From Candidatus Calescibacterium sp. (GTDB lineage Bacteria > Calescibacteriota > Calescibacteriia > Calescibacteriales > Calescibacteriaceae), in assembly GCA_032249135.1 (NCBI GenBank), contig JAVVGL010000022.1, positions 1 to 32,818 of the forward strand: a DNA stretch of 32,818 bases, given 5' to 3'. Below, piece after piece: positions 1 through 8,896 of this stretch (position 1 is its first letter; every line of letters begins with the position of its first letter). Under the pieces are notes generated by a model. That model searched no databases and was not told where the DNA came from. It saw only the letters and a program-made list of their open reading frames with translations. Made by a program: the position numbers and the translations under genes.

Positions 1-401
1 CTTATAAATCTAATTTGTCACTTGATATGTTTTTTACCCATAAAGAAAAAATATATAATAAAAATCATGAAAAAATAAATTTTCTTGATGGGAACTAAGG
101 TAGAAAATAAACCTTTCTGAACTCGTTGTTTTTTAATGCTTTTATTTGTATTATGTATTTGTATTATGAACTTTGCTTCAAAAACTGGAGAGCATAGAAA
201 AAAGAGAGTTTTGATTGCTTTTTTCCTTGTATGATAGGGGATCAGAAAATTGTTCAAAATCTTGACTTTTTCTAAATGATTATATTTTTGTTTGTATGAA
301 AAAACAAAGAGGATAAAATAAATGAGGACGAAAAAAGTCAGTGGAACCCTACTGATTTTGAAATTATCTTCTTTGTAAATTGAAAGTTCATTTAATATAT
401 T

Positions 402-1400
402 ATGGGAAACGCTTCATCAGATATATCTGACATTTTTATAACGGGTGTTTCGGGGTATATAGGGAGAAGCATTTTGAGAGTTATAAAAGAGGAAAAGAAA
501 AAATTCAACATAAGGGGAGTTGATGTTGTTGAACCACCATCAGAGTTTAGGGACAGCATATCTTTTGAAAAGTTAGATGTTCGTTCTCCTGATATAGAAA
601 AATCAATGAGGGGTGCAGATGTTGTGATTCATCTTGCTTTTATTTTGAATCCACCCAAAGATAGAGAGGTTGCAAGGTCAATAAATTTAGATGGAACAAG
701 GAATGTCCTTTCAGCTGCGAAAAAAAATAAAGTCAAAAAAGTTATTGTTTTGACATCTGCAACTGTCTATGGTGCTCATCCTGATAATCCTCTTTTTATG
801 AAAGAAGATCAACCAATAAGAGGGGATTTGAATTACGGTTTTTGGTATTCAGAAGATAAGGCAGTTCAAGATAGAATAACTCAGGCTTTTGCAAAGGAAA
901 ATCCAGATATATCTGTGTTTATAGTAAGACCTGTTATAGTTTTTGGAGAAAATGTAGATAACTACATAGCGCAGGGATTTTTCAAGCCCCCAATAGTCAG
1001 TATTCTTACTAAAAATATACCTTTTCAATTTATTCATGAGCTTGATGTTGCTCGTGCGATAGTTCTTATGGTTGAAAGTGATTTGCAGGGACCTTTCAAT
1101 CTTGCAGGAGATGGGGTTGTTACTTTAAAAAGGGCTGCTGAAATTATGGGAAAACCTTGTTTTAAAATTCCGGGACCTCTTCAAGTTCCTATGGTTAATC
1201 TTATGAAAAGACTTGGGATACTTGACAAAAATATACCTATTGCGATTTTAGATTTTTTCAGATATCCTTGGGTTCTTGATACGCAGAGAGCACGGGAAGA
1301 GCTCAAATTTTCTCCTCAAATTTCGTCAGAAGAAGCTTTCAGGAGAGCTTGGGAATCTTATAGAACAAAAAAGAAAAATAATAAGAGAAAGCAAAATTAA
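402..1400 (+). CDS. NAD-dependent epimerase/dehydratase (extended SDR family)
   Basis: N-terminal FITGVSGYIG (TGxxGxxG), VVIHLA, NLDGTRNVL, TSATVYG and catalytic YSEDK (YxxxK); 332 aa. Confidence 0.9.
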   Translation: MGNASSDISDIFITGVSGYIGRSILRVIKEEKKKFNIRGVDVVEPPSEFRDSISFEKLDVRSPDIEKSMRGADVVIHLAFILNPPKDREVARSINLDGTRNVLSAAKKNKVKKVIVLTSATVYGAHPDNPLFMKEDQPIRGDLNYGFWYSEDKAVQDRITQAFAKENPDISVFIVRPVIVFGENVDNYIAQGFFKPPIVSILTKNIPFQFIHELDVARAIVLMVESDLQGPFNLAGDGVVTLKRAAEIMGKPCFKIPGPLQVPMVNLMKRLGILDKNIPIAILDFFRYPWVLDTQRAREELKFSPQISSEEAFRRAWESYRTKKKNNKRKQN

Positions 1401-1460
1401 TAATTATTATTTAATCTTGAAAGTAAATTAATCTTATGGTGGTATGGGAGGTTTTTGTTT

Positions 1461-1700
1461 ATGAAGAAAAGATTATACCTTATCTATCCCGGTGATCTTG
1501 TGAATAAGCCCATAATATGGGAATTCATAAAAAGTTTTGATGTAGTTGTAAATATAAAGAGCGCATCTATGAAAGGCGAGGTTGGGCTCGTAACTTTGGA
1601 ATTGGAAGGTGATAAAGATGAGATAGAGCGAGGAATAAATTGGTTTGAGAGCAAAGGAATAAAAGTTGAAAGAATAGAGCAAGATGTGATAGAACCGTAA
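1461..1700 (+). CDS. Stand-alone NIL-domain protein (ACT-like)
   Basis: PII...FDVVVNIKSA...G.V.LELEG...I.W....GIKVE pattern of NIL domains; GGAGG at 1447-1451 favours ATG 1461 over TTG 1455. Confidence 0.8.
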   Translation: MKKRLYLIYPGDLVNKPIIWEFIKSFDVVVNIKSASMKGEVGLVTLELEGDKDEIERGINWFESKGIKVERIEQDVIEP

Positions 1701-1719
1701 TTATAACAGAGTTGTAATT

Positions 1720-4700
1720 ATGTCCGGAATTTTTCTTATACCTTTTTTTCTTTTGAGCTTCAATCTTGTAAAAAAATGGTATAGTATTGAGACAACTCAT
1801 TTTGTTTTATATTACTACGAAGGACTTGAAGATTTTGTCCAAAGAAGTGCGCAATTTTTAGAAGAAAAAGCATATCACCATGTCGTAAATACCCTGAAAC
1901 ACCCTCTTGATAGAAAAACTCATATTGTCTTTTTAGATGTTGATGATATAGGGAACGGATTTGCCATTGAAATCTTTGACCAAATAGTTATATTTGCTGC
2001 TGATATTTATTATGTTCCTTTGAGAGGGAGACATCCTTGGCTTGAAGATGTTCTGACGCACGAGTTTTCTCATATTGTTGCGTTGAGAAAGGCTAAAAAA
2101 ACATCAAGGTATGTTCCAACGGTTTTTATAAGTGGGGGACTTTTTTGTGGGATAGGTAAGGGTAGTTTATGTTCTATTTCACTGTCTGAGCGACAAGCTA
2201 CATTAGTTGGTAGTTTTGGATTTGGCTTACCTCCTTACTCTGAGCCAGCCTATTTTACAGAAGGTATAGCTCAACTTGTGACTGCTGAACTTGGTCATGA
2301 TGCTCTTGACTCTTATAGAAATATGATTTTGCGAACTTTACTTTATCACAAAAAAATTTATCCTCTAAAATACCTTTGGAATTTTGAGGCAAAACAAGCA
2401 TGGCAGGGAGAAATCGTTTATAATCACGGGTTTTCTTTTCTATATTTCATAAAAGAAAATTATGGATGGAATGCTATTTTGAGAACAATTGATTGTGCTT
2501 CCGGTGTTTTTAATTTCTCTTATGAGAGTTGTTTTGAAGAAGCAACGGGTGAAAAGTTTTCTCAACTTGAAAACAAATGGAAAAACTGGCTCTACGCAAC
2601 CTACCAGGAACAAATTTCAAGGTTTGAACAAAGTCAAGGGAAATTGCAAGGAAAACTTTTGAAGCTCGAAAAGCAAAAGGTTGGTCTTTATGAGAGAAAT
2701 ATATACTCTGTATATTTGCCAAAATACTATGGAAACGGTTTTTTTGTTATTCAGGATGGAGTTCTTATGTATTATGACGGTGATAAAAAACCGCAGAAAG
2801 TTTTTGGTCGTGTAAATTCATACGCTGTGAGCGGAACTTACATAGCTATATCTTTTTTCAAACCTACAAAAAAATTTATTTTCTTCGCAGCGATACCCGA
2901 AGAGTATTTCCAGCTTTCATTGGGGAGAATAGAAATTGAAGAGAAAAAGGGAGTAAAAGGGGGAGGAAAAATAAAAATAAAGGATTTGAAAGATGTAGCA
3001 AAGAGGGCATCTTTCCCTGATTTCTCTCCTGACAAGAGATTTTTAGTTTATGTAAAAAATGAACTTGATTCAAGAAACATTTTCGTTTATGATATTGAAA
3101 AAAGTAAAGAATACAGAATCACAAAATTTTCATCAGGGAAACAATTTACTTTTCCAAAATTTTCTCAAGATGGGAAATTTATTATCGCATCATACTTTGA
3201 TGGGAAAAAACAAGACATTGTTATAATTCCTTTTGACCCAGAAACAGAAAATATAATTGATGATGAGAAAGAACTCATTTTCATAACCCAAGATAAATTT
3301 GAAGATAGAGATCCTCAATTTATTTCAGCCGATACTGTGGCTTTCTCATCAGATAGAGACGGAGTTTTTAACATATATGCCAAAAACTTGAAATCTGGGG
3401 AAACTTGGAAGATAACAGAGGAAATATCAGCGGCTCTGTTTCCTGATTTTTCAACAGAAGGAATTTTGTATGTATCATTTGAGCCAGAAGGTTTCAGAGT
3501 AAGAGAGCTCAAAACTTTCAAAGACAACTGGATTTTAGTTGAAAAATCAGAACCAGTTTTATTGAACACAGAAAATATAAAAGTAGTTCAAAATGAAAAT
3601 CCTTCTGAGAAAGAAAATTATTCTCAAACCTATCAATTTTATGCAAGAAGAGCTGGACTTTTGAGCTTATCTTCGCCTTTATTTATTCCAATTTTAGGAC
3701 TTACTCTGACTCCTTTTCTTACAGGGTCTGCGGGAACTTTCTTTTTACCTCTTGACATTTTTGGGCTATCTCTTGAAGGAGCTACATTTGATAGGTTAGG
3801 GAGAGCTGAAATTTTAGGTAGTGGTTTTTTGGGAATTCGTGGTTCATGGAGCTTAGCGCTTCAAACCAATATGTTTTACTTCAAATATTTTATACCGTCT
3901 TTATTTGTAGGAGCAGCGAATATAAGAGCTGTTCCACTACTACCTGGTACTGAATTCAGTATAACTCAATCGTGGAGTATTTTTGATATTTTTGGTGGAG
4001 GTCAAATCATAGTTCCTATTTTATACGGTGTTGCTCCTGGGGTAGTGGGGGGACCTCGGAGAGCATTATCTTTATCAGTTGGAGCTTTTGGAGAAATTTA
4101 TTCTGCTGATGCTAATGTTAGTGGTCTTCTTGTTGCTCCATTTTCTTACTCTTTCGGAGCAAAATCTGCAAACTTTTTTTTAGGAGCTGATGGGAGTTTA
4201 TCTTTCCCGTTCCCCCTGGGAGCTTTGTCTTTGCGTGCTTTATTTCGCTCTACTTTCTTTTCTACAAGTATTGATGTGTCTGCAAAGCAATTTGATATTT
4301 CTCAGAACGTTGAAAGTAGAAATTATCAATCTGCAAGACTTGAAGGTGGTTTAGGTTTATCATACACTCTTCCTATTGCTTTTGGTCAAAATATATCTTT
4401 GATACTATTTCCTTCTGCCGGATATACATTACGTGATGTTGAAATTTTTGATGAATTCAGAGGAACTTCACCGGGATACTTCTTTGTTTTTTATGGGGAT
4501 TGGTATTTGAGGTTTCAGGCTGCATCTATTTTTGATCTATGGTACGGATATGTTCCTCTTTTCTCAACTTTTTCTTTGAATAAGTTTTCCGTTCTTGCCG
4601 CTTTTGATACTTTTAGATTTGCACAGAAAAAAGAAAGTTTAGGAACTCCAGTTATTGTTTTGAGTCCTCCAATTCTTATTTGCCCTTCGGATTTTAACTT

Positions 4701-4848
4701 TTTCTGTTCTGTTTATGGAGGTTTTCTTTTGTATGGTAATTTATTTTATAGATATGGTTTTGCTTTTCAGATGATTTTTGCTCGTGGTTTGCAAGACCCA
4801 CTCAAAGCACCTGTGAGGATATATTTTGGTTTGGGATTGGGATTTTGA
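1720..4848 (+). CDS. Secreted/outer-membrane protein: gluzincin (peptidase MA-like) domain, PD40/TolB-like propeller and C-terminal beta-barrel
   Basis: W.SIETTHF start, LTHEFSH (HExxH) with downstream FTEGIA; PD40-like PDFSPD, PKFSQDG, FSSDRDGVFNIY; amphipathic C-terminal strands ending YFGLGLGF. Confidence 0.75.
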   Translation: MSGIFLIPFFLLSFNLVKKWYSIETTHFVLYYYEGLEDFVQRSAQFLEEKAYHHVVNTLKHPLDRKTHIVFLDVDDIGNGFAIEIFDQIVIFAADIYYVPLRGRHPWLEDVLTHEFSHIVALRKAKKTSRYVPTVFISGGLFCGIGKGSLCSISLSERQATLVGSFGFGLPPYSEPAYFTEGIAQLVTAELGHDALDSYRNMILRTLLYHKKIYPLKYLWNFEAKQAWQGEIVYNHGFSFLYFIKENYGWNAILRTIDCASGVFNFSYESCFEEATGEKFSQLENKWKNWLYATYQEQISRFEQSQGKLQGKLLKLEKQKVGLYERNIYSVYLPKYYGNGFFVIQDGVLMYYDGDKKPQKVFGRVNSYAVSGTYIAISFFKPTKKFIFFAAIPEEYFQLSLGRIEIEEKKGVKGGGKIKIKDLKDVAKRASFPDFSPDKRFLVYVKNELDSRNIFVYDIEKSKEYRITKFSSGKQFTFPKFSQDGKFIIASYFDGKKQDIVIIPFDPETENIIDDEKELIFITQDKFEDRDPQFISADTVAFSSDRDGVFNIYAKNLKSGETWKITEEISAALFPDFSTEGILYVSFEPEGFRVRELKTFKDNWILVEKSEPVLLNTENIKVVQNENPSEKENYSQTYQFYARRAGLLSLSSPLFIPILGLTLTPFLTGSAGTFFLPLDIFGLSLEGATFDRLGRAEILGSGFLGIRGSWSLALQTNMFYFKYFIPSLFVGAANIRAVPLLPGTEFSITQSWSIFDIFGGGQIIVPILYGVAPGVVGGPRRALSLSVGAFGEIYSADANVSGLLVAPFSYSFGAKSANFFLGADGSLSFPFPLGALSLRALFRSTFFSTSIDVSAKQFDISQNVESRNYQSARLEGGLGLSYTLPIAFGQNISLILFPSAGYTLRDVEIFDEFRGTSPGYFFVFYGDWYLRFQAASIFDLWYGYVPLFSTFSLNKFSVLAAFDTFRFAQKKESLGTPVIVLSPPILICPSDFNFFCSVYGGFLLYGNLFYRYGFAFQMIFARGLQDPLKAPVRIYFGLGLGF

Positions 4849-4875
4849 AAATATTAGAAAAAGGAGGTAATGAAT

Positions 4876-6324
4876 ATGAAAGGTATTTTGCGCAAGAGAA
4901 GATATGATGTAGAGAAAACTCAGTTTGCAAGGAAGCTTGGGGTTTTAGACCTGACATCAATAGGTATTGGAGCTATAATAGGGGCTGGTATTTTTGTTAT
5001 TACTGGTCAGGTTGCTGCAAATTATGCTGGACCAGCAATAGTTTTATCTTTTGTTCTGACTGGTCTTACTGTTCTTGTTAGTGCTCTTGTTTATGCGGAG
5101 TTAAGTTCAAGGTTTCCCGTCGCAGGTAGTTCTTATAGTTATGCTTATGCATCTTTGGGAGAGTTTTTGGCTTGGATGGTCGGTTGGGACCTTATTTTGG
5201 AGTATGGATTATCTACTGCTGCTGTTGCAAGCGGTTGGTCAGGATATTTTAGATCCTTGCTTGAAAAAAATTTTGGAATAACTTTCCCTGACATAATAAG
5301 TGGGAAGGTAACAATTTTTTGGCATTTTCACTTTGACCTTATAGCTTTGATAGTCGTTATTTTGGTTTTTGTTCTTTTATTTATAGGAATAAAGGAAACA
5401 TCACGTGTAAATCTTTTTATTGTTTTTGTAAAAATTTTTTCTCTTTTGCTTTTCCTTTTTGTTGGGCTTTTTCTCATAGGTATAAATAAAGAAAATCTTA
5501 CTCCATTTATTCCGGAACCTTCCAAAAATTTCAAAGGTGAGGATGCTTATGGATGGTTTGGTATTCTTCGTGGAGCAAGCATTATTATTTTTGCTTATCT
5601 TGGTTTTGATGCGGTTTCAACTGTTGCAGAAGAGGCAAAAAACCCGAGAAAAACTGTTCCAGCAGGAATTATTCTTTCTTTGCTCATAAGTACATTTTTG
5701 TATATTGCGGTAAGTTTCACTCTTACGGGCATAGTCAATTATAAGGAGCTAAATGTTGCTGACCCTCTTGCAAAAGCTATGTATATACACGGATACACTT
5801 TTATAGGTAATATAATAGCAGTTGGAGCTATAATCACTATAACCAGCGTTATGATAACTATGGGATTGGGTTTTACAAGAGTTATGTATGCTCTTGCAAG
5901 AGATGGATTGCTTTTTTCTTCTTTTGCCAAAGTGCATCCAAGATTCAAAACTCCCTATGTCTCAACAATTTTCGGTGCGCTTTTTTTGAGCATACTCGCG
6001 AGTACAGTTCCGCTGACAGACCTTGTTGAACTTGTAAATGTAGGAACTCTATTTGCATACCTTATCGCGGGAGTTTCCGTTTTATATCTGAGAATAAAAA
6101 AAGAACCCGGTGGAACTTACAGAGTTCCACTACCTTTTTTACTCATCCCCATAAATATTGCTCTTATAATATTTGTTTTAACTGGTTTGCCAAAAATGAC
6201 TTGGATAAGAGTCATAGTCTGGCACGGAATAGGGTTTCTTATTTATTTCCTTTACGGATACAAAAACTCTCGCAGAATTTGGAAAGAGATAGAATACCTT
6301 GATGCAGAAAAAGAAAGTTTATAG
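4876..6324 (+). CDS. Amino acid permease, APC superfamily (cationic amino acid transporter/YfnA-like)
   Basis: GIGAIIGAGIF, AGPAI, YAEL, GSSYSY, GWDLILEY, FAYLGFDAVST.AEE.KNP; about 12 TM helices; SD AGGAGG 4862-4867 is correctly spaced for ATG 4876. Confidence 0.93.
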   Translation: MKGILRKRRYDVEKTQFARKLGVLDLTSIGIGAIIGAGIFVITGQVAANYAGPAIVLSFVLTGLTVLVSALVYAELSSRFPVAGSSYSYAYASLGEFLAWMVGWDLILEYGLSTAAVASGWSGYFRSLLEKNFGITFPDIISGKVTIFWHFHFDLIALIVVILVFVLLFIGIKETSRVNLFIVFVKIFSLLLFLFVGLFLIGINKENLTPFIPEPSKNFKGEDAYGWFGILRGASIIIFAYLGFDAVSTVAEEAKNPRKTVPAGIILSLLISTFLYIAVSFTLTGIVNYKELNVADPLAKAMYIHGYTFIGNIIAVGAIITITSVMITMGLGFTRVMYALARDGLLFSSFAKVHPRFKTPYVSTIFGALFLSILASTVPLTDLVELVNVGTLFAYLIAGVSVLYLRIKKEPGGTYRVPLPFLLIPINIALIIFVLTGLPKMTWIRVIVWHGIGFLIYFLYGYKNSRRIWKEIEYLDAEKESL

Positions 6325-6403
6325 ATACAAGCAAGTTTTATCTGTCTGCGGTGTGATTTCCTGGTTTATGGAAATATATTTTGGGAAGATTACTTTTTAT
6401 ATT

Positions 6404-8869
6404 ATGAGGAAGGTTCTTAAAACCTATGTTTATAGAACTGGGAGGTTTTTCTTTTCGCTATCATTTATCATCTTATTGTTTTTATCCTCATATCTTTTAT
6501 CATCTTGCAATAAGAAGGGAGGTGAAGAGGAACAAAGCTCTCAATTTTCTGTTGTAAGGTTCCCGGGGGTAAAAGATAAAGAAAAAAAAGAGAAAATTTC
6601 TGGTGTGGTTCAGGTAAGAGTTGGAGAAAGATTTAATCTGGTATATCAAGGGAAGCTCACAGCATGCTCTGATTGCTCCTTTGAGTGGAATATGGGAGAA
6701 AAGATTCTTTCAACATCTGGGCAGCTGAGTCTTGTTTTTTGCTCGCAAGGAGAAAGAGAAGTCAAGATGAAAATTTATTCTGGTGAAGGTAAAGAGTTAG
6801 AGACGCATTCTATAAAGATTTCTGTTGCTCCGGCTGATTTGAAGCGACCTGAAAATGTTCAAGCTTCAATAGACATCTACAAAAAAGAAACTTTTATAAT
6901 AGGAGTTGATCTATCTCAAACCCAATCTGCGATAAAGAAAATTTTAGATTCAGTAGCCACATTAGAAAAGTATGTGAGAGAAGAAAATGCTTGCGATGTT
7001 GAAGCCGTATATGCTCTTACCTTGGGTAAAGTTGTCACAGTTCTTTCTGAGCTAAATAACCTAATTCAAGGGTTGTTTTTAGGTAAGCTTACAGTTAATG
7101 ATATAAAACTCATAATAGATGGTGTCGGGAAACCTTCGAAAGAAATTCTTGAATCTGTTGTGAATGCAGATGTTATAACTTCTGATTTTTCTTTCAGAGT
7201 AAATCGTCTTGCAGTTTATGTTATAAGAGACTATCCTCAAACTGAAATTGTTGAAAAGCTCTATATTGACCTTACAGGAGAACATGATGCAACAGACCTT
7301 TATTTCCTCACATCTTTGGTTGAGTTTGTAGTTGGATTTTTTGATGTCATTTTTGCTTATAACTCGGCTATTGATTTTATTTTGAGGTTGCCTCAAGAAG
7401 TTGTAAATAGAATATCTTCTGAAAACATATCTTTACTGAAAGCAATTTCAGAAATATTCATAGAAGAATTATCAAAAAATCCGGGGTTTCTTGGGTTATC
7501 GGTTGACGCCCCGGTGCGGCTCAAAGATGCTCAATCTGAATTCTATAATGGCTTTGTTAACCTACAAAGAATGTTTGATTCTCTGAAAAATGAAACAGAT
7601 GACCAATCAGATGATATAATAAGATATTGGGATTGCGGAAAAGATAATGTGTGTCCTGGAGATCTGAGGGATGATTTTGCAGATATAAACTCAAATGGGA
7701 ATTACGATAACGGAGAACCTTATCTTGATTCAAACAGAAACGGAGTATGGAACGATGAATGGCAAAAACCAGACGAGGGAGAAGGAGATAGGAGATATAC
7801 AATAGGCGAAATGATAGGAACAGACAAAATTCAAACAACTGGCTCACCAGAAGGTGTAAGGCTTGTTTTTTCTAACTCTAACATAAGAAACACCGTATAT
7901 AACGCAATTTTCAATGTCAAAATATTTAACCTTATTGCCGATAACATAAAAGGTCCCGGAGTTTTTGATTTAGGAAAAATTTTAAATACCACAAATGAGA
8001 ATTTAAGAAATTTAGCTTGTTCCGCTGGGATACCGTTTCCTGAAATCAGGCTTTGGGAGTTCTTTGTAAGCCCAACTGCATTAAGAGATATGCTACCTTT
8101 GTGGGATGTGAATACAAAAAGTATTATAATCCAAAGAGATACTGAACCTTTCAAAGATGCAGGATATGATAAAAAGTTCTCTTGGGAATATCCGGAGTTT
8201 CATCCTCTATCAAATTCGGATCCCGATAAAGATGATGTTGATCCAAATTCAAATGGATCGGATGGAATTGATAATGATGACGATGGAAAATGTGCAAATG
8301 ATGAGGCTTTCAAAGCGTGGAAGGATTATTATGAAAATGGTCTTACCCCATCTTCTCCTCGTGATTGCAAGAACTTTGTCAATTCCACAGTTGATGATAA
8401 TGATTTTGGAACGGAGGGTAATTTCTTATTTGATTGGCGAGATAAAAACTCAAATAAAGTACCAGATATTGGAGATTATACCGAGTGGTGGGATGATAAT
8501 TATGGAATACTAAACGGGAAATCAGGAACTTTTTGTAACGAAGTTTGTGGAAACAACAAATTTGATGTCAAAGATGTTGATCATTTTTGGCCTGATGGTA
8601 GGGTTGATCCAAGAAACTCAATCGGTCCGGGAGGTATGATGTGTGCAGCGGGTCCTTATGGTGGAGATGGAAATAATGAAGTTATAGACCTTTTGTATTT
8701 TCTCTTCCAAGATCCTACATTCTCTGGTGTTTTGAGGTTCTACAAAGGTGAGAATGGAGTTATAACTAATAAAGATGGTCAAATTTTAACAGATAATGCG
8801 ATTTTGCACAGGGCTATATGGAAAGGCATAGCTACTGCCGGAATAATTGAAAATTACCCATATAGATAA
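6404..8869 (+). CDS. Large lipoprotein with PKD-like domain, helical region and Asp/Asn-rich Ca-binding-like motifs
   Basis: From ATG 6404: basic n-region, hydrophobic core and lipobox LSSC; FEWNMGE PKD-like motif; DINSNGNYD, DSNRNGVWND, DGIDNDDDG motifs. Start moved from ORF-track 6299, which overlaps the permease. Confidence 0.7.
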   Translation: MRKVLKTYVYRTGRFFFSLSFIILLFLSSYLLSSCNKKGGEEEQSSQFSVVRFPGVKDKEKKEKISGVVQVRVGERFNLVYQGKLTACSDCSFEWNMGEKILSTSGQLSLVFCSQGEREVKMKIYSGEGKELETHSIKISVAPADLKRPENVQASIDIYKKETFIIGVDLSQTQSAIKKILDSVATLEKYVREENACDVEAVYALTLGKVVTVLSELNNLIQGLFLGKLTVNDIKLIIDGVGKPSKEILESVVNADVITSDFSFRVNRLAVYVIRDYPQTEIVEKLYIDLTGEHDATDLYFLTSLVEFVVGFFDVIFAYNSAIDFILRLPQEVVNRISSENISLLKAISEIFIEELSKNPGFLGLSVDAPVRLKDAQSEFYNGFVNLQRMFDSLKNETDDQSDDIIRYWDCGKDNVCPGDLRDDFADINSNGNYDNGEPYLDSNRNGVWNDEWQKPDEGEGDRRYTIGEMIGTDKIQTTGSPEGVRLVFSNSNIRNTVYNAIFNVKIFNLIADNIKGPGVFDLGKILNTTNENLRNLACSAGIPFPEIRLWEFFVSPTALRDMLPLWDVNTKSIIIQRDTEPFKDAGYDKKFSWEYPEFHPLSNSDPDKDDVDPNSNGSDGIDNDDDGKCANDEAFKAWKDYYENGLTPSSPRDCKNFVNSTVDDNDFGTEGNFLFDWRDKNSNKVPDIGDYTEWWDDNYGILNGKSGTFCNEVCGNNKFDVKDVDHFWPDGRVDPRNSIGPGGMMCAAGPYGGDGNNEVIDLLYFLFQDPTFSGVLRFYKGENGVITNKDGQILTDNAILHRAIWKGIATAGIIENYPYR

Positions 8870-8896
8870 AGAAAAAGAAAAATTATTATTGTTAGT

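Noticed and set aside
18-257. 79-aa minus-strand ORF and MGKKHIK mini-ORF
   Set aside because: Composition (F/I/K) mirrors AT-rich intergenic DNA, no recognisable motif, and the context is cut by the window edge
6299-6403. N-terminal extension of the first lipoprotein
   Set aside because: Overlaps the permease and would put the lipobox about 70 residues in; ATG 6404 gives a more normal signal
8157-8513. 118-aa Met/Ile-rich alternate-frame ORF
   Set aside because: Shadow of GAT/AAT-rich Asp/Asn codons in the lipoprotein
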